The position numbers and the translations under genes were made by a program. A stretch of DNA of 64,000 bases from Octopus bimaculoides (lineage: Eukaryota), in contig NC_068990.1 in NCBI RefSeq assembly GCF_001194135.2, positions 49,275,677 through 49,339,676 on the forward strand, in the 5' to 3' direction. Below, one piece after another: positions 34,663 to 48,176 of this stretch. The notes beneath the pieces are model-generated. The model searched no databases. It was not told the DNA's origin and saw only the letters and a list, made by a program, of their open reading frames with translations. Each line of letters begins with the position of its first letter. The stretch's first letter is position 1.

Positions 34663-37600
34663 TGTTGTAAAGTAGGTTCCTCCCACTGGTGTGATGTGTG
34701 ACTGCCATTGTACTGTAGTTGCTGTTTTACGCTAGTAGCCACAATAGCTACTAGTCATCGGATACCATTGTATCTCTTTATATCTGAATAGTAATACACT
34801 GACTAGAACTGTTGACTCTCTTGACGACTGGCTACTGGTCTATTTATAATGGCTGCTTCCTACCACACATCACACCAGTGGGAGGAACCCACTTTACAAC
34901 ATATTTAAATTTTAAAAAAAACATTATTCCTAAAAACAAGGTAAGGTAGGGTGATCACATTGGGAAAGCTTTTGATTACAGATCTGCTTAAACAGTTGAC
35001 CTGGGAGGGGTATACAGTTTCACTACACATCTCCCCTTTTAATTATTTAATTTAACAATCAATTTCTTTTATTCACCCCACCACCTCCTACTTTTTTTCT
35101 TTCTTATATATATATTCAATATCTTTTCTTCTTAGGGTCTACTTTTAGGAATTCAGTGTTTTTTCCTTGTATGTGTGATTTTGGCTTGTACCAGGGTTGG
35201 AACCTGAAAAGTGTCATATAGCCAATCCATCGGTATTTCTACTCTTGTTGGTTCCTTTTCTATGACTCTTTCCTTAAGCTGATTTCTATGTCTCCTTTCC
35301 ATTCCATTTCTGCTTCTTACATCATACATCATTCTTCCTACATATGTTACAATTTCTCCTTCCCAGTATTACTTGCCATTTTTGTACATTCTTACATATA
35401 CCTTATCACCAATTCTAAAGAATTTTGGCATGTCTTTACTAGCACGTATTTTTTCTCTTCACTGGTAACAATTTATCAAATACTGATTTCACCTTTCTGG
35501 CAAACATTAATTCTGTTGGAGGGCTTCCTTCTGATACATTTGGGTTCAAAGTTACCCTGTATAGCCTTAAGAATTGTTGGATCGCAACCTTGTCCATAGC
35601 TTCCTTATTAGCTTTCTTTAAAGCTTTGTTAAAGGGGTCCACAAACCATTCAGTCTTTCCATTCGATCTAGGGTGATACGGTGCTATAATTTTATGTTCT
35701 AACATAAACATCTCACAGGATATAAACTGTGTTCTGTTATCAGAGACAATTATATCCAGTACACAAAATCTTGTGAACAGCTCATGTAAGAAGTTCATTA
35801 CTGTAAATAAGGTTGGTCGTTTACAAATCGCGACCTCAGGCTGTTTTCTGTAGCTGTCTCACTACTATTAAGTAGTAATATCCATTTACTGGCCTGTAAT
35901 TGGGACCATGGTATTTTCACTTCCAGCCAAGGTTCACATTTTGTAGAAAACTGGTTGATAAAAGTAAATAAAGAAAGGTTCAATGCAAAGAACTGCTAAG
36001 ATAGTTTTACTGCCAATGCACATCCTCTGCAGCCATTTTCCAGGTTATCAACTTCTTTGTCCATGCTTGGCCAGTATACGAAACTTCACATCAGCGTTTT
36101 CATTCTAGAGATACCTGAGTGTCTCACATGGAACTCTTTTAGCATTCTCTTCTGTAACATCTGTGGTATGACCACCCTCTTAGTGTACATTAGTACACCA
36201 TCACATCTTAGTACTTGCTCACATCTTGGCAGTTCTTTGCATCAGACCTTTCTTTATTTACTTTTATCCACCACAGTTTTCTGTTTGTCTCATTAATAAA
36301 TTTGTCATTTCTTTTTATTTCTTCTAAAATTACTGGTAGTTTACGCACAATGTTCCACATTACTTTTATGTTTCTGCTTTTAGCGCTGCTATTATGTTGT
36401 CCTCCAGCAGTTCGTTATTTCTCAGAATTAACCTAGACACACCATCTGCATGCCCCAACTTCTTTGAAGACAGATATTCCATTCTATAATCATAGTTTAA
36501 TAGAATGGTACCCCACCGCTGCAGTCTGTTTGCCATATATGTCAGGATTCCTTTCTTGGATCCATATATCATTATTAGATACCAAAAATGTCTGCCATGA
36601 ATGAGCCTATGGAACTTTTTCATGCCAAATATAATAACCAACACCTCTTTTTCAATCTGGCTCTTGCTCTTTGCTGCTGGCAATAATGTCCCTGATGTGT
36701 AAGCTATAGCTTTTCTCCTGCCATCATAATCCTTGTGTAGGAGCACAGCTTCTATCCCATACTCACTAGCATCTGTAGAGTATTATCTCTAACTTTGGGT
36801 CAAAATGCATAAGATACAAGTCTGAAGTTAATACATCTTTTAACTCAAATGCTTTCTGACATTTCTCTGTCCAAACCCATTTGGGATATACACTTGGTAA
36901 TAAATTTACCAAGCCTAGGAATGCTTGTAGCCTTGTCACGTTCATTGGGGACAGCATATTTTGTACTGTTATTGCTCTTGATGGTTCCAGTCTGTGTTCA
37001 CTTTCATCAATTACTTGACCTAGGCATTTTATTTTTTCCATCAAAAATTTGCATTTTCCTTCTGCCAGTTTTAGCTCATATTCACTTATTCTCTTGAATA
37101 TTTTCTTTATCAAAATGTCATCAAGGTATACGATGGCGAAGTCACAATCACTTAACATCGCATCCATTATTTGTTAGAATATGGCAGGTGCCACTTTTAC
37201 TCCAAACAGCAATCATTTGAATTTGTACAATCCACAGTGTGTTGATTGTTAATAGATGTGTGTAATCTTCCTCTAGCTGAATTTGAAGGTACATCTTTTT
37301 CTTTATGTAGATCGCTGGTGCTGCCCAGTCTGCATAATCTTTACAATTATATTCAGGCTTTCCAATCTTTCTAGTTCTTTATTGACCTAGTCTACTGCCA
37401 CAAATGGCCCATTCCATTTGGGCTTGAAAATAGGTGTTGAATTTTCTTTGATAATAATCCTTGCTTTTGTTTTTGTGCATCAGCCTAACCCTTTCAAAAA
37501 ATCTTTTGGGAAAGTTTCTCTCATTTTTTTGTCTCAGTTCATCAACCTCGTTCAATCATTTGACTGCTCCATTTACATTATTGCACAAAACGCTTATGGG

Positions 37601-39191
37601 TGTATCCCATAAATTAAATTTCTCCACACATTCTGTGCCAAATAAGTTTATGGATTTTTTCAACACATAAGCATTCAATTTTTTGGTTCAACCTTTGAAC
37701 ATTATATTACAAATGCGTTCGCCTGTGAAATATAATTTTCTTCCTGTAACACCATACACTGTTTTGTTTGGACTACATAATTGGTTTACCCATTTGTACT
37801 AATGTGATGTCACTTCCTGTGTCTAATTCTCAAATTCACGAATTTTCTGTTTGTTGTAGTCACAACTCTCCCTACTGACAAACTATTTATATTTTCTTGT
37901 TTGTTCTATTTCCCTATCATTCTAGTTTTGCAGTGCAGTTTTATATGCCCTGTAAACCTGTAGTGAAAAAACTTTGCTTTTTTTATACAATCTTTTTTCA
38001 GGTGCATCCCACCACATGCCATACATGGGTCTACATCTCAATATTTTTTCTGACTTTTTTTTGCACTGGTCTTATAGGAAAACACACTTTCCATTGAATT
38101 TCTTCCAAGTCATGCTTTGATTCTAATATGTCACACTCTTCCAACAATTTCTGCAATGTTAAATCCCAGTTCATTTCCAGTTTTGCTAGAATTTTCATTC
38201 GGATTTCTCCATTCCTGTCAATCCTTGTGCAAAAATCAAACACTTGAAAGAATCTGGAGTAAGCATATCCAGTCTAAGTTTTTCACATTCTTTGTTGGCT
38301 TTGCCTGTATAAGTAGTGAATTCTTCGTCTTTGCTCTTTTCTATGTTTAAACATTTCCATCTAGTATTAAACAGTGAGTTCTTTTCACTAAACATTTTGT
38401 ACAAAATGTCAACTATGTTGGTGAAATTTGTTAAATGCTTTTTTGTGGCAATATAAAGTTACTATAGTTCTCATGCCCTGTTGTCACTAGTTTTCTTAAA
38501 ACTAGACACGTTTGCATTTTGTCTGTCCAATCCCAGCATTCTTTTTCAAACATTTGTTCAAATCTTTGAAAGTAAGCTTTGAAGATTATTCCTTCTTCAA
38601 GATCATATTTGAATTCGCTTATGGAATTTGCTACATGGTTAGGTGAAAATATATTCTCCAGTTTGGTTATCAACTTCATTAGTTGTAACATTTGCTGCTA
38701 CAATCCTTGTTGTTGCTGTTTTTGCAACTCAACTACCCCAGCTAACAAGTCTTCCATATTTTATGCTTTTCATAAGTTTGCATAAGGTTTTTGTTTCTTT
38801 TTTGTCGAGTTATTTAATTTTCCACATGAATTAGTTTAAACTCTCCATGTGAATGTTTTTTTTTTTTTCACTGCGTAAATTTGTTTTTCCTCATCACTGC
38901 TGTAGTAAGGTGGGTTCCTCCCACTGGTGTGATGTGTGACTGCCATTATACTGTAGTTACTGTTTTACGGTAGTAGCCACAATAGTTACTAGTCATCAGA
39001 TACCATTGTATCTCTTTGTACTGTAATAGTAATACACTAACTTCTTCTGTCTTACTACCGCTGATAGCTCCACAAGACACTGACTAGAACTGTTGACTCT
39101 CGACCCTCTCTTTACAACTGGCTACTGGTTTATTTAGAATGGCCGTTTCCTACCACTTTTTACTGGGAGGGGTATACAGTTTCGCTATACA
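34663..39191 (-). mobile_element. Decayed Gypsy/Ty3 LTR retrotransposon (K02A2.6/Mag-like)
   Basis: LTRs 38901-39191 and 34663-35029 (TG..CA); PPT aaaaggggaga next to 35030; degenerate PBS at ~38885-38900. gag NHVANSISEFKYDLEEGIIFKAYFQRFE, RT AIVYLDDILI, RNase H SQIEKEVLVIIFGMKKFH, integrase IIVSDNRTQF..PYHPRSNG; many stops and frameshifts. Confidence 0.9.
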
Positions 39192-39817
39192 ACAAAATGG
39201 CACATGTTGTTTGAGAGAAATTTGCTTGCTATTTCTAGCAGATTGAGTGACTGTAGTAGGTACTCATAAAATTTATATATATTGATAGTTACAACTTTAT
39301 TTAAATGATACCAACTACAAACATGCAAGACTTTTGTAGATAAAAATATAAATAATCAATATCTTATCTTATTTAGTTATGAAGTATGTAATCATATTCC
39401 TTATCTTTGATGTATTTTATATTGTCATAGCAAATGCTCTTTCAGACATCAATATTTTATATTTGAGCTAAATGTCTCTGCTACTTTTACAACCTTGCAT
39501 TCACTTGCTATTGACAGAGCACAAACCTGGCTTTAGTTAATGGATTGTAGCATAATGTAACACTGCCATGATGAGGTTGGTCTATCACTTTTACTCTAGT
39601 ACATATTTTTAAGTCTAACAATCTCTTTATCAAAATACTTAATTACAGGGGGTGTCAGGAAACCAACTCTTGGTTGTCCAGCTGACACACATGCACAGAT
39701 CATCATCATTTTAATGTTCACTTTTTCATACTTGTATGGGTCAAACAGAATTTGTTGAAGCTGATTTTCTATAACTTGATGCTTTTCCTGTCAGCAACTC
39801 TTTCACCTGTTTCCAAT

Positions 39818-42638
39818 TGTCGTAAACTAATTTAAAAGAAGGTTTTTGCTCACCGTCTAATCCATTAATCATGGCTGTCCAATGATTAAGACTCGTTTTA
39901 TATTAGGTAAAGAAAGCATCCATCTATCAATGTCATTCTACACTATGCTGCATTTTCGTACTCAGTACAAAATATATCTATATTTTTATCTATTATTTAC
40001 TATTGTAGAAAGGAATTAATGATAGGATATTATAATTCATAACACTCTTCCCTGCTGAGTGAAAAAGTCAGTCATGGTGCATCCGAAACATATAGTCCTT
40101 TAGATAAAAAGGGGTCTTGATAATTTGTCCCAATCTGAGTTTTCACATCTCTTTTTGTCCTTGAATAGCTGATGTTTGTTACTCATATTATTCTCATCCA
40201 GGTACACTTTGCCAGTTTTGTTGCCCATAATATTCTCATTCAGGTACTCTTTGCCGGTTGCTAATCTACTCGCGTTTTCATGTGCCGGACTGTGAACTCC
40301 ATTTCTTTATGTTGGTTCTATTGGTGCACTGTTGTGGTCGGTTCTTTGTTTATTGATTATTTGTGGATCTTGTAGTTCTGTGTCAAACTCTGTCGAGTTG
40401 ACTCTAGTTGTGTTTGTGTGCTATCGTTGCTTCCTTGATTGATAGATTGTCCTACTGGAGCAAGATTGTGTATTGACACTGTATCTACTCATCCATTTCC
40501 AAATTGTACGGAGAAATCGTCTCCAACAATTTAATGTTTTCTACAAGAGGATCCTCCTTATTTCTGAGATGTCAACAATGCAGGATTGTGCTTCCAGTAT
40601 TCTGGAGGAATTCAGGTAGAATGGTTCTCACTGTTGATGAACTTGAAAATTTAAACATTCACTCATGAAGGGTTGTGTTGGTAGCTGTACAGAGGATTCT
40701 TCTCATGACTGCTTGTGCCATAGGAAGGGCTGTCAACCATTGTCCTTTATCGAGTTGTAGAGAACTAAGTGCTAGATTTATGGTCTTCATGAGGGTTCTG
40801 TTGGTCCTTTCACATTGGCCATTGCCTCAAGATCGATAGGGGGATGCAGGTGGGAAATTACTGTTTCAATACTCGTGTCTTTGCATGGGTATGCAAACAG
40901 GAACCTTGAGTACTCATCAACTATTACCAATAAGTCGCAGTATTGTGTGGTTGATGTCAGGGGACCAACAAAATTGATTGAGAGGCATTCCCATAGTCTC
41001 GGTGCCTGTATTAACTGACCCATAAAGGGCTTGTGGAAGTTGGGTTTGTTTGTCGCATGTAGAGCAAGCAAGTGTCATTTCACAGATTTCATAGAGGGAG
41101 AACGGCAGGTCACTTTTGTATGGCACAGTTGTGATGAGTTACCGGTGTTGTAGTGTCTCTTGTTGCTGCACATCTTGATAGCACATTTGCTTTGTTTTGA
41201 GTTCCTGATCTGTAGTAGATTGTGTAATTTATATCTGAGAGGTCCAAGTGCCAGTATATAAGTTTTTGATTTTTGACATCCCTTGCTTATTGAAGACCAT
41301 TGCTAATCAGTGTTGATTGGTGATGGTGTTGCAGTATGGGGAAGCATGTATTAGGTGGTCCCATTTGTGACCTCATTCTATGATTGCACAGGCTTTTCTC
41401 TTGATGATGGATTGGTGTTTTTCTGTCTTTGAAAGGGACCTTGAATAGAAGGCCTCTAAGCCTTCCTTGTGATGGCATCCCTCCCAAGGCTAGGTTGGAA
41501 GCATCTGTTCTGATGGTAAGTGGTATTCTGAGTAGTGGAACGGCCAGTATGACCTTTACCAATGCAACTTGAGAGATGCAATTGTTTTTACTTCTTCTGG
41601 CAGTCCTACTTTGTTGATATTTTCTCTGGTTCTTGAAAGTGGAATGGTGAGTTGGGAACACTGAGGTATTCACTTTGCATAAAATGCAAAAATGCCTATC
41701 ATTCAATTTAGTTTTCTGTGATATGCAGCTGACATGTTGTTGAAAAACCTTGTTTGCTGCTATTTCATTTAGAAGATCATTGATCTGATGGGTAGTGTAG
41801 GCATCCAGTTGTATTTAGATATTTATAGTGTTTGAGTAGTTGATCACCAGTCTTTTCTTCCTTCCATTAGATGTCACAAGGCATTGAGCTTGCCAAGGAC
41901 TATGGTTTTCCTGAATATCCTCTGAAAGTAACCTGTCTATTTCGTGCTTAATAAACTCTGTGTCTCTAGGTCTGCATCTTGAAGTTGTAGTAATTGGTTT
42001 CAGCTTAGAGATCTTAATGCCTGGAAATAGTTCATACGCGATGCATTTGAGGCTTGACATAGACATGCAGAATGACACAGGCTTGTGTGTGACTACCGAG
42101 TGTTGACAGAGGATATCGACTCCGATGGTGATTGGAGTTACAAAGTAGTCAACCACAAGGAAATTAATGTTGTGTTATTTCCTAGTTGTAGTTTGCTACT
42201 GAATTTGCCTTTAGTCTCCAGTGCTGTGTTGTTGACTAGGCTAACTTTTTCTGGAGTGGTATGATTGTATGGTAATCCCCAGGCTGCAAGAAGATTCGTT
42301 TCTATAAATGTCCTGTGCATTGTTGCCCTTAGTCTAGTAGAGTCCTCTCAAACACCTTGGCATCCATTTAGATAAAGTTTGAATAAAATTTGTTGTAAAC
42401 CAATTCAAAAGAAAGCTTTAATTCAAACTTTGTTCTGCTCGCTGCCTAATCTGTTAATGATGGCTGTCAAAGATTAAGAAACATTATTTTATATTAGGTA
42501 AAAACAGCATCCTTTTATCAAAGTCATTCTACATTACACCACATTTTTGTACTCAATACAAAATATGATATCTATATTATCATCTATTATTTACTGTTGT
42601 AGAAAGGAATTAATGACAGGATATTGTAATTCATAATA
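39818..42638 (-). mobile_element. Second, internally deleted Gypsy LTR retrotransposon
   Basis: Diverged direct repeats 39818-40044 and 42391-42638; PPT agggaagag at 40045-40053. RT FIKHEIDRLLSEDIQENHSPWQAQCLV..KKRLVINYSNTIN, RNase H IRTDASNLALGG, integrase WECLSINFVGPL..LLVIVDEYSRFLFAYPC. Confidence 0.8.
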
Positions 42639-43221
42639 GTAATATTTCTACATGACCAAGCAGGTTTTCACAGAAGATTGCAAACAAAGGACATCACTTG
42701 CATGATAGTAACAATTGTTTACAACTACCACAAGTTAAAGCAAGGAGATAGTAACACACACATATGATGGGCTTCTTTAAGTTTCCATTTACCAAATCTA
42801 CTCCCAAGACTTTGGTCACCCTGGGACTATATAAGAAGACATTTGTCCTAGATACTGTGCCATGAGGCTGAATGCAGAACCATGTGATTGTGAAACAAAT
42901 GTCTTAACCATATAATCATTTTTGCACCATAAAACTTCTTTTGAAAATCCAACCAGAACAGACAATTTTTATGCAATCTGTTTGCCACCAATGATATTGG
43001 GTTTCTTTCTCTAAGCCTTGGACATCTGAAAGGGAACTTAATCCAGAGATGTTAATCTGTCACTTTGTTGCTTGCTACCAATGGATCATCTCAAAAATGT
43101 ATCTATGGGCATAACAATTATTTTTTTTAGTTTCAATATAAAAAAAAAATTAAATATAAGTTATTGCATTTAATCTTTTTGTTTTGTCAATGCTTTCTAA
43201 GTGAAGGTGCTAAGAATAAGG

Positions 43222-46200
43222 TGATTTTTTATTTTCCACAAGTGGACAACATAGAAAGGGACAACACAATCTGATTTTGGGTCAGATGAACGAATGGTTG
43301 ACATAAATATGAGGTTAAAAATTCACAAAATAAGAAAATATAAAGAAATCGAATGATAGGACAGACCAGACCGGAAGACATTACGGATGGAGTGGGGGGG
43401 TTAATATGGACCCCACAAGCACCACCTTACCACCGATACCTGAGATACGTCGTGTCACATTCACGAGGTTACATTCACACGCAACATCCATGCTACATTC
43501 TTCCATCGATTTTCGAACATTTTCACAGTCAGGCATTTTCTCTCTAGCCCTATTTTCCTTTTAAGGTGAAAGGTGAAGTAATTCACCAATTCAGGGCCAG
43601 AGGTGAAGGTGCTTGACTTTAACCCTTTCAGCCTCATCTTCCAAATCACCTCTCTCGCAATTGCTACTACAATGAGAAAACAATTCTTACCTTCTTTCAA
43701 AATGAAATCAGGCGGGTCAATTTTTACAATAGACTCAGTCGATAGCTGTACTCTTCCTGCACTTGACAACAGCTGTTCAGCATAAACCCACACGTCTGAC
43801 ACCTCCGAACACTGAACAATAGTGTGCAGGACAGTTTCCCTATCCCACTCACATCTTGGACAGGTCGAAGGGCTGTGGCCACTATGCCTTGTGAGCTGGT
43901 CCCAAACAGGTAAGGTTCCTCGTTAACACTGCCATGCCAGAGACTTCTGAAAGTTGTTCAGGGTCTTCAGCCCGAATGTACGTTGGAACAGACTGGCCAG
44001 TTGATTATTGTCAAGACCTAGGGTTTCTGCTAAGGTATCGTCACATTCCACCTCCACAAGCCCTCTATTAAAGAATGTGGTGGAACCTCCACCGCAGGCA
44101 TTGCCCAAGCAACGGAGTAGCAGAAGAGCCTTGCAACACTCCGTAAACAATGTACCTAACTTCGATCTTTGATAGAACCAGGTTTCCCGTCCACTGAAAC
44201 TAGTGAACTTGGGAAACATCCATTTCGCCAGCAAAGACCACCCAGATAGAGCCACAGATGCCTCAACCTAAATGCATATCTGCTCATCAACAGCCAAGGC
44301 ATCCCTAGCCCACCCTTTAACAGTTGTTGGCAGCAAATAGAGTGTTTCACAGGCGGTTTCGAGCCCTTCCAGCTTAATCAACCACAAATCAGGGCAAGGA
44401 ACGACGGTTAGGCGGTAGTTAATGACCAATAGGATGAACACATTGGCTACCTCCGCCCTCCCTTTCAGGGATAGCCACTGCCAAGACCAGGTCTTGACTA
44501 TATGGGTCACCCTGCTCGATACCTCGGCCCAGTTCTCAATTTGGAGGTCTGGTCCAAACCAAACTCCTAGCAACTTAATCGGACTCTCTGTCCAACGTCT
44601 CACGACGCTGTCAGAAAGCATCAACTTGCCTCTCCAGGTGCCGACTGACTTTTCATGATTAACTTCTGCTCCTGCCACCGTCTTGTAAACCTTAATGGCC
44701 TTGCCTACCCACCCTCTGTAGGTGATCTATTTTGGTTATGATGATGATGATGTCATCCGCATAAGCTGAAACCGACTTTCCACAACCTGGCTGTCTCGGG
44801 ATACCACTCAATTTTCGCAGTAATGGCTCAAGAGCCACTACATACAAAAGCAGGAAGAGCAGACACCCTTGACGAACCAAGCGTTTGATGTTGAACGGCC
44901 TCGATAAAAAGCCGTTCACCTGAACTACCGAGTTAATATCATTAATCTGAATGATCCACCTGAAGAAGCCAAGACCCAGGCTGAACTGTGCCAGAACGGA
45001 CACCAGGTAGCAATGGTCAACCCTATCGAATGCCTTTGATTGGTCTAAATGGACTAGTACCCCACCCTTGCCAGAATCACTATTAAACCCCTCTAAAGCG
45101 TACTGTACAAGATGGAGACTATCCTGGATGGTTCTGCTGGGAACGGCACATGTCTGTGCCTCCCTGATCAGACCATCCGTGATACACACCAATCTTTACG
45201 ATAACACTTTGGTGAAAATCTTCAACCCTGCGTTTAGCAGAGTAATGGGCCGAAAATTATCAATGGAATCCCCCTTGTCCGGATCCTTTCTGACAAGTGT
45301 CACCACTTGTCAGAATAAACCCATTCTGCTGCCAGTTTGCATAGACATTCACCGCAGTCTGCCATAGCCTCAATTACCTCCTCACGCGTGATCGGCCCTT
45401 CACAGCACTTGTGTCCCACCCTTATAGGCGCAGCAGCCCGGCGAGGAAGTCTGTTAGGTCCCTCCTACTATCCAGTCTGCCACCCCCACTGAAAAGCCTC
45501 ACACATCTCCTCGGGTTCGTCTATCAACTTACCTTGTTGGTTTGTCAAAGATCGGATTATGGCATCATTACCACATTGGGCTTCCACCACTCGGACCCAT
45601 CCTGCGGCCCTGATTCCCTCACAACCCACTGCATGAGGCCTAGTCCTGACAATGCAACCCATGAGTTTGGCTTCGAGGTGCTGGTTTAATGCCAGTCTCT
45701 TGACCCTCACCTGAGCCAGTTTTCATTGCTTCCTCTAAATCCTCAACTAAAGCTGATTCCCTCCTTGCCACTAAACCTATGCTATATCTAATAGACTCAA
45801 ATTTAATGGCTCGCTTGAGGGTATACCACCATTTATCATTAATAATAGAACGGGTTAATGCCCTCTGAATCAATGACTTAATCCGGTCTCTGTACTCCTT
45901 AATTGCCAAAAGGGATGTATTAAGTTTCCAGTCGCCGGGACCTCAATTATATAGCTTATCTATGTCAAGCTTACAGGTGACCATTTTATGATTACTGTAG
46001 CTGACTGGGTGAAACTGGACACCTAGCTATATTGCTATCTGCTTTTCTAATTAACACTCTAAGTACGACTGGGAAGATCCATCGCTGCTTGACCATGTCC
46101 ACAATGGAGTGTTCAGAAATTCCAGCCTATATGGATCTGCCAGCTCAAAGCGGCTTAGCAGTTCCAGGAAGCAAGGATTACCATTTCTATCTGTACGCAA

Positions 46201-47732
46201 GCCAACATAATCTATGCGTGCGTCGCAGATTGTGTTATTGTCTCCTAGTAGAACTAAAGAATGTGATGTACCAAGAAACTACTCCAGATTCCGAAAATAT
46301 TCACTTTGCCCAGTTGTCGTGGGTGCATAAATTGCAACCAGTCTGATAATCTTACCACGGCTGAACGTCAAGTCCATGATGACCAGCCTACCTTCTGGAT
46401 CTGAAAAAATTAACTTTTTCTCAGAAACCCAGTTTCTTTTAAATAGGACCAACACCCTGCTCCCGCTAAAAGGACAGCCCAGAGAGAAAAAACTCTCATA
46501 ACCATCCAACAGCGGGAGCAGATATCCAAATTACACGACCTGATGTCATTAAGGAAGTGACCTTGCTTCCAGCTTGAGACCAGATCACGCACATTTATAC
46601 AACCTATATGAATGTTTGACATTGACTTACCTCCCATCAGTGGTTTGAGGGGGATTCACCTTCTTCCTCTTGGGCTCATGGGTTTTTTTTACATAGGCCC
46701 TCATAGACATTTGAAGAGTAGTCCATCTTGAGAGGGCCCATGTCATGAAAAATTTCGGACTTATTCTGTCCAGCCTATCCTGTAGATGAGAAAGTCTTTT
46801 GATGACTTTTTTCAACTCGTTTGGCAGATGAAATAGCTGCCAAACGGTTAATCAGTCTATTATTTGATGCCTTAATGGCGATGTAATTAACTTCGTTTTC
46901 TTTTTCATTTTTCTCTTTTTTTCAGTTTGGTAAGGACAGTCTGTTTTTTTTTTTTTAAAAACAGTTGACCACCCCTCCCCTTTTTCTTTATCCTCACACT
47001 CTTCCGATTTTGATGGTAGTGGTGTCGTCTCTGGTGATGTAGGTGACGCTTCCACCATCACTACTGCCCCTCCTTCCCTTTCTTCCTGCACATTTTTTGC
47101 AGGTTGGCATTCGGACTTTATATGGCCCTTTAAACCTCAGTTAAAACATCTTGGTTTCATGCCTTCTACGAAGACGATCAGCTTCTCGTCACCAATATTT
47201 ATTATCTCTGAAATTTCTTCTAGCGTAGGGACCTCTGCCTGAATCAACATGTTCAAGCGTTGTCCCTTCCAATTCACTTCCTCCACCACTGTAGCCTGGA
47301 GAATGATGATTTCTTCTTTCTAGCCAGGCAGCATCTACTTCTGGAGGAATATTTGTAATTTTTATTTTCGATGTTCTTCTTCCCATATGTATGCGAAGAA
47401 GAACCACCTCCTCAGTTATCAAAGTTTCAGAAGAGTGCTGCCTGGCCACCTCCTCTGATGTGAACCTCACTTCAACCGTTCTTTTTTTTAAACAGAATGC
47501 AATTTATGGCAAAACGCTGAACACAAAGATTTGGACTTACGTCCCACAAAATCAGCTCAAAGCCGCACTGTCCAACAATAATTCCCCCGCAGGGGGCAAC
47601 TGAAAACAAGCTGCTTCAACGAAGCAATAAACAATCTTTAACAAAAACAACAGCAACTCACCGCAACAATATAACAATCCAACAAATGACACAGAAAGCA
47701 CTGGAAAAACGTTCAACAACAAGAGACTTGCA
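43222..47732 (-). mobile_element. Near full-length decayed L1/Tx1-clade LINE (ORF1 + ORF2)
   Basis: ORF1: RRM-like region plus zinc knuckle PRCFN*GLKGHIKSEC (~47110-47170). ORF2: endonuclease IGCINVRDL and LVAIYAPT; RT LDQSKAFDRVDH, VRQGCLL..LYVVALEPLL and AYADDI; C-terminal CPRC..ETVLHTIVQC. 3' end aataaaaaatca; candidate TSD ctaagaataagg at 43210-43221 and 47733-47744. Confidence 0.88.
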
Positions 47733-47870
47733 CTAAGAATAAGGACAAGGTAAAATTACTAATTGCTTTTATAGCAAGTTGATGCAAATAGTTTATCCCG
47801 CCCCCTCTGACTTTTAGTTCATGCAATTGAAAAAAGATGCATTATTTATGAGATGACCTAATATATATAT
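47725..47870 (-). mobile_element. Solo terminal fragment of the mariner family seen at 49050-50240
   Basis: acttgcactaagaataaggac..gcttttatagcaagttgatgca..ctctgacttttagttcatgcaattgaaa..attatttat..gatgacc.aata matches 50102-50240. Confidence 0.75.
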
Positions 47871-48176
47871 ATTTTTTCTGTAAAGCGGTTGGCATTAAGA
47901 AGGGCATTCAACCATAGAAATAGGAAATATATAGGAAGAACAGATTCAGTAGCAAATTCCCACGAATATCTATTAAAAAAAATTTTTTTTTTTTAAAGTT
48001 GTCATGTCTGGTATACCTTCAATCATACATCTGGGACTAAACAGTCATCATGATTTCTATCAAATTAATGGACAAGCAAAATATTGCAAAAAGAAAAAAA
48101 GTTTTCATTTTTTTTCAAATTCATTTATTAAATATATATGTATGAATATACATGATGCATGTTATTAAACATGACA

